DNA of 39,931 bases from a virus (lineage: Duplodnaviria; Caudoviricetes): IMG/VR virus record IMGVR_UViG_3300034072_000656, positions 1 to 39,931 of that record. One strand, given 5' to 3'. The notes under the pieces are model-generated. The model had not been told where the DNA came from, searched no databases, and saw nothing but the letters and a program-made list of their open reading frames with translations. Position 1 is the stretch's first letter; every line of letters begins with the position of its first letter. Both the position numbers and the translations under genes were made by a program. Positions 1 through 8,748 of the stretch are shown in pieces.

Positions 1-215
1 CGCTAACTTTCGTCATATCGCCCGTGCGCTCGGCCTCAGCAAGCAGTCTGTCGAGGTTGGAATCCACGGCTCCGCTGATGGCAGCAGTGCCGCGCACGCT
101 GGACTCAGGCGGCGGCGGGGTTTTGCGAGGTTGGACTTTCAATTGCGCCTCCAGTTTCGCCACAGCGAATGCAAATTTCACAGGGTCCGAGATGGCCGCG
201 AGTTCCTTGGCCTTG
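1..215. repeat. Terminal direct repeat, left copy (circular assembly overlap or terminal redundancy)
   Basis: 1-215 matches 39717-39931 except at positions 128, 182 and 185. Confidence 0.95.
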
Positions 216-805
216 CTCGGGTTCTTGCCCAGCGCGTACACGATCATCGCGGGGTTGTCCGCGCCTTGCAGCAGCACGCCCTGCTGGACGGTGTTCAGCG
301 CCTCCTGCACCGTGGCCTCTGCGTCCTCGTAGTCGCGGACCTTCAGCGATTGTTTGGCCGCAGCGTAGCCTTCCAGTTTCTCCTGCCACTGGCGCATCTG
401 CTGCTGCTCGGTCTGCTTGACACGAGACTGGAACTCATCGACCTGGCGCTTCTGGTTGAACCAGTTGTCCAGCGCCGCCTCGTATTTGCTGGAGTCGTAG
501 TCGAAGTCCTCCAGTTTCGGCTTCGCGCCGAGCTTTGGCACTGCTGCCTGCGGCGACTGCACCTGCTGGAGTTTGGCCTCCAGTTCGCGGATGCGCTTCT
601 GGTCCTCGCGGTTTTTTTTCCGCAGGTCACGCACCCACTCGGGGGCCTGCTCCTCTTCCTGCGCCGGCTGCTCGTCACCGATCGTAATGACGACCTCTTC
701 CGGCTCCGGTGAGGCCGCTTCGGGCTCCGGCGGCGCTTCGGGCTGCTCGACCTCCAGTTCAGGTGCTTGCTGGATGTCGTCTTCGACTGCTTCTGCTGTG
801 CTCAT
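1..805 (-). CDS. P22-like scaffolding protein, 5' part; continues through the circular junction to the stop at 39673 (about 282 aa)
   Basis: Manual translation from ATG 805 (RBS TGGAG): MSTAEAVEDDIQQ...APEWVRDLRKK...KPKLEDFDYDSSKYEAALDNW. Acidic N-terminus, coiled coil, lies just upstream of the coat gene. Confidence 0.85.
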   Translation of the reverse strand, partial: MSTAEAVEDDIQQAPELEVEQPEAPPEPEAASPEPEEVVITIGDEQPAQEEEQAPEWVRDLRKKNREDQKRIRELEAKLQQVQSPQAAVPKLGAKPKLEDFDYDSSKYEAALDNWFNQKRQVDEFQSRVKQTEQQQMRQWQEKLEGYAAAKQSLKVRDYEDAEATVQEALNTVQQGVLLQGADNPAMIVYALGKNPSKAKELAAISDPVKFAFAVAKLEAQLKVQPRKTPPPPESSVRGTAAISGAVDSNLDRLLAEAERTGDMTKVS

Positions 806-810
806 TGATG

Positions 811-838
811 CTCCATCTCGGCCATTGGAGGCTGGCCG
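811..838 (-). promoter_or_regulatory. Predicted H-type pseudoknot sequestering the scaffold RBS
   Basis: Minus strand CGGCCA-GCCTCCAA-TGGCCG-AGA-TGGAG; loop CTCCA is complementary to SD TGGAG. Confidence 0.55.
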
Positions 839-845
839 GTTGCCT

Positions 846-1727
846 TTAGTACGGCGCTTGTCCGCCGCTTACGTCAGCCACAGATCCGGGAGAACCGAAG
901 CCTTCAGTAACGCCAGAAATGCCACCAGAAAAAGACTGCCCACTATAGGACCCGGTATCGACTTGCGGGGCGATAGCAAACGTCTGTGCAGCCATCGGTG
1001 CAGCAGGCGCAGCCGCAGGCATCTCTGGCATTTGCGGGCCAGCCGCACCCACCGCATACTGCGCGGAAATCGTGGCTGCGGTAATCGGGTCCATACCCTG
1101 CGCCACCAGCGATGCGGCACTGTTGGCGGCATTCATTGCCGCTTGCTCATCTGCGCCGCTTGACAGCGCCATTTGATAGGCGTCATTGGCCACAGAAAAT
1201 CCCATCTCTGGCGAAAAGCCTTGCTGTGCGGGAGCGCCTGCGGGCTGACCGCCTTGGCTCATCAAACCGCTTAGGAAATCGCGCACGTTCCCAAAAATAC
1301 CCTGTCCCTGCGCCAGTAAACCCTGCTGCGCCGGCCCCTGCGCTGCTCGGAAATCTCCGACGCCAAACATTTCAGCGGGCGACCTGCCGGTCAGCACGTA
1401 ATTTGCCATCGCGCTGAACGGCGACGTCAAAAACCCAGCAGCGTTGGCCAGATTCGCCAGTTCTGCCTGACGGCCTGCGGGCGTGGACATTCTCGTTCCG
1501 ATGGGATCTCCTTCAAACAAAGGATTCCCAAGCACTTCATACCCGCTTTCCTGCGGCAGCTTCAACATCGGAGCCTGCAACGCAGCCGGCGCCTCTGGCG
1601 CGGTAGGCGTCGCCGGCCCCTGAATCGGCCCCGTCAGCGAAACCAGCGGGGCGAATCGGATCGGGGTGTAGCCGGCAGCAAAGCCAGACTCACCGCCCAG
1701 GGCCATGTCACTGAACTGCGTTGCCAC
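846..1727 (-). CDS. Ala/Gly/Gln/Pro-rich hypothetical protein, possibly internal virion or ejected
   Basis: 293-aa ORF, GTG start with GGGAG RBS, overlapping the portal end; low-complexity composition. Confidence 0.65.
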   Translation of the reverse strand: MATQFSDMALGGESGFAAGYTPIRFAPLVSLTGPIQGPATPTAPEAPAALQAPMLKLPQESGYEVLGNPLFEGDPIGTRMSTPAGRQAELANLANAAGFLTSPFSAMANYVLTGRSPAEMFGVGDFRAAQGPAQQGLLAQGQGIFGNVRDFLSGLMSQGGQPAGAPAQQGFSPEMGFSVANDAYQMALSSGADEQAAMNAANSAASLVAQGMDPITAATISAQYAVGAAGPQMPEMPAAAPAAPMAAQTFAIAPQVDTGSYSGQSFSGGISGVTEGFGSPGSVADVSGGQAPY

Positions 1728-3756
1728 GTTGCGCTCCCATTTCGTTCATCGCCATCATGGTGTCCAGCACGATCCGGCGATCGTCCAGACTCATCTTTGC
1801 CAGCGTTTCCTGCACCTTCGCGCGCTTCAACTGCGCGTCGGCCAGCGCGTTCACGCTGTCGGCTTGGGCCTTCTGCGCCTGCGCACGCTCTTTCTCCGAC
1901 ACCGCTTGGATGTACAGCACATTCGGATCCGGCTGCTGGTTCTGCGCGGCCTGGGCCAGCGCCTGCGCTTCTTCCTGCGTCGGCTCCATCACGCCGGCAG
2001 CGACCATTTCCTTGCGCATGAACTTCGCCACGTCCTTCACGCCGTCGCCTTCGATGTTCTGCATCAGCGCAGCCAGCAACATCTTCTGGATCTGCGGATC
2101 CTGCGCAAACTGCATCATTGACAGCAGCGTGCGCCGCGTGGCCGCCCTCTGCGTCGCAAACGACGGACCCACCGACGTCACCACATCCAGCGTGGCCTGC
2201 GTCACGTCGTTGCGGTGCGTCAGCGCTCCGTTTTCGTCCATCGCGGGCTGCATCAACTCGATCGTCGACGCGCGGCCCACCTCGTCCACGCCCTTCATCT
2301 TCCGCTTGGGCTCGACGTACACATCGCGGGCCATCGACAGCCAGATCTCGCCACAGCGCTGCACCGCCTTGGCGTAGTTCGACATGTACAGGAACGCCTG
2401 CATTTCCAGCCGCTGCTGCACCATCTCGACGGCATCGCCGCTGATGTTGCTGACGATCTTGTCGCCCTCGCGCTGGTTGCCTAGGATGTCGTCGATGTCC
2501 TGCTCGGTCACCTGCAGCAGCGCAGCCATCGCAGGCGGTACGGCCGCAGACTTTGTGTAAGCCACCGGGCCGGACACCTGCATCGAGCCGTCAGGCCCCG
2601 TGATCGGGTTCACCAGCAGGTACGGGTAGTTCTCCAGGTTGTCCTTGGCCCACATCACCTGATGGCCGGCAACCTGCTCGGGCGTCATGATCGGTTTTTC
2701 GATGCTGGACAGCGCCGAGATTTCACCCAGCTTGCTGAGCTGCATGTTCTTCAGCCGCTGCGCATCCTTGGCCAGTCGCACGATACCCATGCATCGCTCG
2801 ATGTTATCCACGAACCAGCGCTTGCCATACACCGGCACGATCGGAATGCACTTGCCGGCAATATACCCGTCGTCCTTCAGGATCTTGCCGCCAGACATCA
2901 GATACTTGCGCACGCGCTTCCTGCGGATCGTGCGTTCGCGCACCATTTCGCTGCCAATCGCTGCCAGCGTTTCCTCGAGGGTTTCGTCTTTCTCAAAATC
3001 GCTTTCGAGATACTTTTCCTCAGTGCCGTCCAACGACCGATAGATCAACTGTTTTTCGTTGACCTCTTCGATGCAGTAATACTCCGCGACATACACGACG
3101 TCGGGCGTATCCCAGTCGAAAAACGTCTGGTACACCTCTTTCGGCCACGTCGTCGGGTCGTCGCCATATTTCTCGATGTACGCATCGCGCGTGACGCTGT
3201 ACAGCACAAACGCATGCGTGGCGTCGGCCTTGTCTTGCCGCTTGGCCTGCAGATCGAAATACACGCTGGTGTCGGCGTCGTAGATCGGCTCGATACGGAT
3301 GCGCTGCTTGTCGTTGTCCGGGTCTTCGTCGTCCTCGTACACCGCCTTCAGCCGCCAGGCGCCGAACCCGCCGCCTACCGCTTCCTCGAAAGCGTTGTCA
3401 TACGCCTCGTTCGCCGTGCTGTCCTGCTCATCGGCGCGGAACAGCTTGTTGCACACGTCGGCCATCTCCGTAGGCGAGCCGTCGCGGCTGACGAAATCCA
3501 CAGTGATGCGGTTGTTCCGGTATTCGTTGACCACGCGCTGCACCGCCAACGCCACCTTGTTCACCTCGAACTTCGGCTTGTTCTCGTACTGCTGTTCCAG
3601 CGGACCCTCCCACTGCGCTCCGGCAATCGAGTAAAACCTGCGGTCCTGCAGACACTGCAGGCGCTCGTTTCTCAGCGCCGACTGAATCTCGTCAAACCGC
3701 CGCAGTGCTTCGGCGTGGGTGTCACGCAGTCGCTGTGAATTGGAGATGCGGGCCAT
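1708..3756 (-). CDS. P22-like portal protein
   Basis: 682 aa; motifs GAQWE, KPKFEVNKV, GGFGAWR, IPIVPVYGKRWFVDNIER; helical C-terminal barrel region; position after terminase. Confidence 0.93.
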   Translation of the reverse strand: MARISNSQRLRDTHAEALRRFDEIQSALRNERLQCLQDRRFYSIAGAQWEGPLEQQYENKPKFEVNKVALAVQRVVNEYRNNRITVDFVSRDGSPTEMADVCNKLFRADEQDSTANEAYDNAFEEAVGGGFGAWRLKAVYEDDEDPDNDKQRIRIEPIYDADTSVYFDLQAKRQDKADATHAFVLYSVTRDAYIEKYGDDPTTWPKEVYQTFFDWDTPDVVYVAEYYCIEEVNEKQLIYRSLDGTEEKYLESDFEKDETLEETLAAIGSEMVRERTIRRKRVRKYLMSGGKILKDDGYIAGKCIPIVPVYGKRWFVDNIERCMGIVRLAKDAQRLKNMQLSKLGEISALSSIEKPIMTPEQVAGHQVMWAKDNLENYPYLLVNPITGPDGSMQVSGPVAYTKSAAVPPAMAALLQVTEQDIDDILGNQREGDKIVSNISGDAVEMVQQRLEMQAFLYMSNYAKAVQRCGEIWLSMARDVYVEPKRKMKGVDEVGRASTIELMQPAMDENGALTHRNDVTQATLDVVTSVGPSFATQRAATRRTLLSMMQFAQDPQIQKMLLAALMQNIEGDGVKDVAKFMRKEMVAAGVMEPTQEEAQALAQAAQNQQPDPNVLYIQAVSEKERAQAQKAQADSVNALADAQLKRAKVQETLAKMSLDDRRIVLDTMMAMNEMGAQRGNAVQ

Positions 3757-3770
3757 AGTAGATTTCCGTG

Positions 3771-4931
3771 TTAGCGCTGAATGACAAGTTCGTTCAATGG
3801 AACGTCGTAACTTTCTTCAGGAAACAAAGCACGACGTTGCTGTTGAGTAAGATTTATGCGCGCTTGAGTCGCCCTAGCCTCAGCCTCTCCAGCAAGTTTG
3901 CGATACGCCTCTGTGCTGCGCTGTTGCGCCAAAGTGCCTTCGCCAAAACCAAAAACATTTTGGCGCTTGACGTCTATTTTGTTCAATATTTCCTCAAAAC
4001 GCTTGCGAAGCTCTAAGTTTTTTAGTTCTTTTACTGAGTCGTAAAAATCTTCTATTTCGGTTTCTCTTGAGGCAAGGCCAACAGGCGTTTTTGGTCTTTC
4101 TTTTCCGCGCAAGGACCTCCAGAGTTCCCTGTATTCATCAATCAACGGGTCAAGCTCAAGAGCTGCCGAAATTGGAGTTGCTGACGCTTGAGGAGTTCCG
4201 CCTTTTGCAAATCCTTCTCTTTCTTGAATAGGATGCTGCAGTTCATGCAACAAAACAGATTTTGCAGACTCAGGTTGCGCCACTCCAAGGTCAATTTTAT
4301 CTTGCCTAAATGACGAAATGTCAGATGCTGGGTTTGTGTAGACCGGCGTCTGCATGACATCAGGATACGCTGCCGCCAGTTCTGGGTGCTGCAGCACTTG
4401 CCCAGCAAGATCGCCCGGCTGTCCGCCAACGTAACGCGCAGGTTGGTCACTGATCTCCTGACGCCATTGGCCGTCGGGGCCGCGCCAGTTCCCAGTCTCT
4501 CGCCAGATCGTGCGCGGATCTATGCCGCGCGCTTCCATTTCCACGGCCTTGGCGTTCGACGCGGCATCCCACGTCTTGGCCAGCGCCCCGATAAACATCG
4601 CCGCTTCCGGCAGTGCGCCCAGCGCCTGAGCCGCGACTTTCGCCGCCCCGGCCGGCGCACCGACGCCAGGCGTGAACCCGAGGGCCTCACCCTGCCGGTA
4701 CGCCTCTCGGCCAACAGACGACGCATCCGTCATCAGCGGCAGACCGAAATATCCGCGCACGCCGCCGCGAACGGCCTGCTGAAACGGCTCGCCGACATAC
4801 TGCTGATAGAGCTGATAGGCGCGGGCCAGCGGGTTCATTGCGGTCTGGGCCAGCGACGGACGCTGCGGCGCAGCCTGCCCCGCCTGCATCGTGTGCGGAC
4901 TCACTGCGGTTCGTTCCAGCCCTGTCGCCAT
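3771..4931 (-). CDS. LPD23-like polyvalent-protein domain plus zincin-like metallopeptidase
   Basis: IWRETGNWRGPDGQWRQEISD, HPELAAAYP, LLHELQH(HExxH)...EGFAKGG, YRKLAGEAEAR. Confidence 0.75.
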   Translation of the reverse strand: MATGLERTAVSPHTMQAGQAAPQRPSLAQTAMNPLARAYQLYQQYVGEPFQQAVRGGVRGYFGLPLMTDASSVGREAYRQGEALGFTPGVGAPAGAAKVAAQALGALPEAAMFIGALAKTWDAASNAKAVEMEARGIDPRTIWRETGNWRGPDGQWRQEISDQPARYVGGQPGDLAGQVLQHPELAAAYPDVMQTPVYTNPASDISSFRQDKIDLGVAQPESAKSVLLHELQHPIQEREGFAKGGTPQASATPISAALELDPLIDEYRELWRSLRGKERPKTPVGLASRETEIEDFYDSVKELKNLELRKRFEEILNKIDVKRQNVFGFGEGTLAQQRSTEAYRKLAGEAEARATQARINLTQQQRRALFPEESYDVPLNELVIQR

Positions 4932-4932
4932 C

Positions 4933-6468
4933 TCACGCCCCCACGCGCCCAGCGTTCCAGTAATTTACCGTCGGCAGTGCATACGCCGACAACTTCGGGG
5001 TCGCGGAGAAATCGGCATCTGATCGGATCGGGAACGCAAACGTCACCGCGATCGCGTCGGCCGCGTCCGGGCTCGCCAGGCCACGGGCTTTCATCTCCTT
5101 CTTCGACTCCAGGAAAATCTTCCCCGTCGAATCCGGCTTCGCCCGCACACCCGTCAGGTCTGCCTTCAGCGCCTTGTCCGGCGTGACGGAGGCCGTGCGC
5201 AGCCAGTCGCGCAGCGCGCCCCACATCTCGGCTCGCTTATTGCCCCACATCACTGGCCTGCTGGACTTCCACCCGAAATTCACCCCGCGCACCTTATACC
5301 GCTGCTCGTTCAGCCTGTCCAGTATCCCATATCCGAGGCCACCCTCGTCGATGCACGTCAGCGCCGGCCGATACCGCTCAATCGCCTCAATCACGTGCCC
5401 CACCACCGTCATCGTGTCATCGCCCCGATACCGGTGCAGCGCCAGCAAATCCCTGCCCTGCCGTACCGCAATCACGGTGGAGTCGCCCCCAGTGCGGGCC
5501 GGGTCCACACCCAGCACAATCGGCGCGTCAGCGTCTTTCCACTTCTCCCGCGCCATCGCTTCGTCCACCAGCTTTGGCGTAATGAACTGATCGTCGCCGT
5601 CAGACGGGAACTGCCCGTACACCTCGACGCGGGCCTCGCGGGAATCCTCGCCGTATTCGGCAATGATCGCCTCGTACACACCCTTGTCGGTGTCCTCCAC
5701 CGTGCGAGCGTCGATGCTCTCCGACGCCCAGAAATCCCGCTTGGCGTGGAAGCACTCGAAAAAATACCCCGTGTTCCGCCGTGGGTTGCTGAACGCGCAC
5801 CAGAACCTGTGCGGCGTGTTTTCCGTAAAAAAGCCCGCAGCCACGCTCCAGATACTGTCCGGGATGCCGCTGGCTTCGTCAAACACGACCATCATGCCGT
5901 CGTCGTTGTGCGCGCCAGCGTAGGCATCCGGGTTTTCCTCGCTCCAGAGCTTACCCTCCGCGCCCCAGTACCGCGTGCCCTTCTTCAGGTCGCGCTCCAC
6001 CAGTTCGGTCAGCCACTTCGCCGGCACGATCCGCGTGGCGCTGATCTCGAACCAGTGCGAGTGCATGATCATCGCGAGCCACTTCGTGATCTCGGCCCAA
6101 GTCACGCTGCGGAGCTGCGCCTCTGAGTTCGCGCTCACAATCACACTGCTGCCGATCCGCGTCGACAGCATCCAGAGCACCAGCCAACTGACCAGCGCCG
6201 ACTTTCCGATCCCCCGCCCCGAGGCCACCGCCAGGCGCATCACCTCGTACATATCCCGCGTGCCGTTCGCCGCGATGTGATCCCGAATCTTCCGCAGAAT
6301 CTCCCGCTGCCAGCGTCGCGGGCCGGTGCGCTTTTCCAGCGGCGTGCCGCGTTCCCCCCACGGCAGTGCAAACATCACCCACGCCTCCGGGTCGTCGCGG
6401 AGCTTGGCGCTCCACATACGCGCCATCAGGTTTTGCTCTTCCTGCGGGGTGTATTTCGGGGTCTGCAT
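4933..6468 (-). CDS. terL: Terminase large subunit
   Basis: Walker A VASGRGIGKS, Walker B VVFDEASG, coupling motif FSNP, nuclease GVDPARTGGD and SPDAADA. Confidence 0.95.
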   Translation of the reverse strand: MQTPKYTPQEEQNLMARMWSAKLRDDPEAWVMFALPWGERGTPLEKRTGPRRWQREILRKIRDHIAANGTRDMYEVMRLAVASGRGIGKSALVSWLVLWMLSTRIGSSVIVSANSEAQLRSVTWAEITKWLAMIMHSHWFEISATRIVPAKWLTELVERDLKKGTRYWGAEGKLWSEENPDAYAGAHNDDGMMVVFDEASGIPDSIWSVAAGFFTENTPHRFWCAFSNPRRNTGYFFECFHAKRDFWASESIDARTVEDTDKGVYEAIIAEYGEDSREARVEVYGQFPSDGDDQFITPKLVDEAMAREKWKDADAPIVLGVDPARTGGDSTVIAVRQGRDLLALHRYRGDDTMTVVGHVIEAIERYRPALTCIDEGGLGYGILDRLNEQRYKVRGVNFGWKSSRPVMWGNKRAEMWGALRDWLRTASVTPDKALKADLTGVRAKPDSTGKIFLESKKEMKARGLASPDAADAIAVTFAFPIRSDADFSATPKLSAYALPTVNYWNAGRVGA

Positions 6469-6480
6469 TTATATCGTCAG

Positions 6481-6551
6481 CGGCGTATATCGGCGCATAT
6501 TGGCTCAAATCGGCGCGTATCGGCCAAATTTCATTGGCTCAGTTTGGCTCA
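6481..6551. repeat. Degenerate 10-bp tandem repeats between terS and terL
   Basis: cggcgtatat/cggcgcatat/tggctcaaat/cggcgcgtat/cggccaaatt, then TTGGCTCA at 6534 and 6544. Confidence 0.7.
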
Positions 6552-7010
6552 CACCTCAGCCCCCAGTGATTCCCGCGCCAGCGGCTCAGCCCGCGCCAGC
6601 GACTTCGGCTCTACGATCACCGCATCTTCGATCGCCTGCACGCGCCGCTGCGCCTGCTCCAGAGCCGCAGTGATCGAGATCTGCTGGCTTACGTCGACCT
6701 GCACCTGCTGCTTTGCCACCCAATCGTGGCGGTGACGGAGAAACTCCAGCGCCGCTTTCGCGTCTCCATTCTCTGCGGCCTCGAACACCACGCGGGACAT
6801 CGACATCTCACTGTCGGCGCGGCCTTTCATCTCCGCAATTTCCGCCGTGCGATCCATCAGCTTCAGCCGCGCAAACTCCTCCGGCAGCAAACCCGCAGCC
6901 AGCGCCAGCGATTCGCCCTTCAGGCCCAGGCGAGCGCCCTCGTAAATGCGCTCCAGCACCGCAGGGGTGGCTTTGAGTTCTCGGGCGCGGATCGGTAGGT
7001 CGCGGAACAT
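6549..7010 (-). CDS. terS: Probable terminase small subunit
   Basis: 153 aa from ATG 7010, directly upstream of terL; helical, GDAKAALEFL, C-terminal QVQVDVSQQISITAALEQA. Confidence 0.7.
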   Translation of the reverse strand: MFRDLPIRARELKATPAVLERIYEGARLGLKGESLALAAGLLPEEFARLKLMDRTAEIAEMKGRADSEMSMSRVVFEAAENGDAKAALEFLRHRHDWVAKQQVQVDVSQQISITAALEQAQRRVQAIEDAVIVEPKSLARAEPLARESLGAEV

Positions 7011-7045
7011 CGGGCGAGTGTAATGCGATTTTTTTGAATGCAAAA
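7011..7045 (-). promoter_or_regulatory. Probable leaderless sigma70-type promoter for terS
   Basis: -10 TACACT ends 6 nt before the ATG; TTGCAT-like -35 in A/T tracts; no SD. Confidence 0.5.
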
Positions 7046-7314
7046 AAATTTGTGCGGAGAGAGGCCAAAGCGTCGCGGGAAAAAAATTTTGTGCGGGGGC
7101 TCCGCTTTTGTTCACGCCGCGAGTCGCTTCGATGGGTATACCCCCCTCCCTATCCCCGCTCCCGACCCGCCGCCCACCGATACCCTACCCCGTACCGTAT
7201 CCGCGGCCGTCGGCCTGGTGCGCTCGGCGCCCGTCCCGGTCCGCCCTGGTCCTGCCGGCAGCGCGTAGGCGCAGGGTTTGCAGGGTCCGTCGGGGTCGAT
7301 CGGGGCGCTGCTGT

Positions 7315-7646
7315 CCCGTGGCAGGTGTGGCAGTCCCAAAAACGCCGAGATGCTTTTCTGGTGGCGGTGCCACATTTGCCACGGGCGCAGCTTGGAAAGT
7401 GTGGCAGTCGGCGTGGCAGTCCCGTGGGTACCGATAGGCACCGCTAAGTTGTTGATTTATAAGGGCGTGGCACCCGTGGCAATTGTGGCAGTGCGATCCC
7501 AAAAGCATATATACATACGTATAATTATGTATACTGTATACAATCCAAAACCTCCCAATGCTTTTCTGATGGCATTGCCACAATTGCCACGCAGAGTAAA
7601 GCGTCACCGCCACCGCAAAGCCACAGACTAGCAACATCACTGCCAC
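7315..7646. other. Putative replication origin: GTGGCA iterons, IHF site and AT-rich core
   Basis: 12 perfect GTGGCA/TGCCAC copies in converging orientations; 16-bp inverted repeat 7475-7490/7576-7591 around AT-rich 7501-7550; 30/34 direct repeat 7350-7383/7558-7591. Confidence 0.7.
7445..7457. promoter_or_regulatory. IHF-binding site
   Basis: TAAGTTGTTGATT matches the consensus YAANNNNTTGATW exactly. Confidence 0.7.
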
Positions 7647-7656
7647 GACCCCAATT

Positions 7657-7689
7657 TGTAAGGTTCACGTAAGGTTCCCGCGCGACACT
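7657..7689 (+). promoter_or_regulatory. Early promoter motif copy 1 (TGTAAG-N5-CGTMAG-N10-GACACT)
   Basis: Same spacing as copies at 9212 and 9827. Confidence 0.7.
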
Positions 7690-7733
7690 GCATCCGTGGC
7701 GCCGATGTCCGGCGCCGAACCTGGAGGCAGACG

Positions 7734-7925
7734 ATGACGAAGACGCAGCAGAGAGACGCCGCGACGGCCCGCAAGGCTGTCGCCCTGGGCATGCCCGACC
7801 TGGCGGCCCGTACTTTGTCGGCAGCGCACAGGGCAGCCATGCGCGCCAGCGATAAGCGCGAGATCGAAGCCCTGGCGCGCGAGCTGGGGATCACTGGCCA
7901 GCGTGACTGGGTGATCTGCGGTTGA
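7734..7925 (+). CDS. Hypothetical early protein
   Basis: 63 aa, RBS GGAGG. Confidence 0.7.
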   Translation: MTKTQQRDAATARKAVALGMPDLAARTLSAAHRAAMRASDKREIEALARELGITGQRDWVICG

Positions 7926-7967
7926 CGACACTGGGGGCTCCGGCCCCCGCACTGAGGGGATACGACG

Positions 7968-8216
7968 ATGACGACACTGGAAGCCGCCCGCGCCCTGCGG
8001 GCGCTACTGCGGGCTAAGCGCTCCGCGCTGCTGGTGCAGCACGCCGACGGCCGCGCGCTGTGGTCTGTGCAGCCTGGCGCTGCGCTGCGGGCCGAGCTGG
8101 GGTTTCGCACCGGCTTGGTTGCCGACGGGCTGGAATTGACACGCGCTAGCAGCGTGACGGGTGACCCGTACGCTGTGGGCTGGGTTTTGATTGACACGCG
8201 CGCTGTCGTGCGCTGA
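7968..8216 (+). CDS. Hypothetical early protein
   Basis: 82 aa, RBS GAGGGGG. Confidence 0.65.
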   Translation: MTTLEAARALRALLRAKRSALLVQHADGRALWSVQPGAALRAELGFRTGLVADGLELTRASSVTGDPYAVGWVLIDTRAVVR

Positions 8217-8227
8217 GGGGATACGAC

Positions 8228-8479
8228 GTGACACCGAAGCAAATGGAACACGCGCGCATGGTGAACGAGCGCGCTGCTGATGTAGTGGCCGATTACTTGG
8301 TGCGCCGTGAGTGCATGAATGTGGCCGATGCCGTCGAGGCTGTCGCGGCACACTGGGGGATCCTGGCCGATGCGTTTGCGGGTTACCTGCGCTCTCGTGT
8401 ACCTGCCGATGCCGATGCTCTGCGCGCAGTGATGTGCCTGCAGTCGACGCCGCTCGAGGGGCACGATTACTGGCAGTGA
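8228..8479 (+). CDS. Hypothetical early protein
   Basis: 83 aa, GTG start, RBS nearly identical to that of the previous gene. Confidence 0.65.
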   Translation: MTPKQMEHARMVNERAADVVADYLVRRECMNVADAVEAVAAHWGILADAFAGYLRSRVPADADALRAVMCLQSTPLEGHDYWQ

Positions 8480-8550
8480 CCCCAGCCGCTAGCCCTGCGC
8501 GCAGGGCCTGCGGGTGTGGTTGACGCACCGATAACGATAGGAGTGATGAC

Positions 8551-8739
8551 ATGCAGCTGAGTATGGAAACCATCGTGGATTACGGCCGTAATCGCTGGGT
8601 TGTGATCGTTGACGGAGTGCGCGAGCCTGGCAATGGTTACTGGAGCAAGGAAGCGGCGCGCGCGCACATGGATGAATTGTGGGCGCGGCGCCCGCAGTCC
8701 GATCGGACGCATGAAGCGCTGTACGTTGGACGTGATTGA
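8551..8739 (+). CDS. Hypothetical early protein
   Basis: 62 aa, RBS AGGAG. Confidence 0.65.
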   Translation: MQLSMETIVDYGRNRWVVIVDGVREPGNGYWSKEAARAHMDELWARRPQSDRTHEALYVGRD

Positions 8740-8748
8740 TTGGAGACC

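Noticed and set aside
610-622. A8 run (CGG AAA AAA AAC) in the scaffold gene as a frameshift site
   Set aside because: The frame is intact, Lys-Lys-Asn explains the run, and I saw no stimulatory structure
2662-3738. Long antisense ORFs (e.g. 2662-3738, 31534-32514, 38153-39202)
   Set aside because: Shadow ORFs expected opposite high-GC genes; no RBS or protein motifs
7315-7646. CRISPR-like or mini-array reading of the GTGGCA repeats
   Set aside because: Units are 6 bp, occur in both orientations and lack regular unique spacers; no cas genes
7927-7932. Fourth copy of the early promoter (GACACT followed by a hairpin)
   Set aside because: The upstream TGTAAG/CGTMAG repeats are absent
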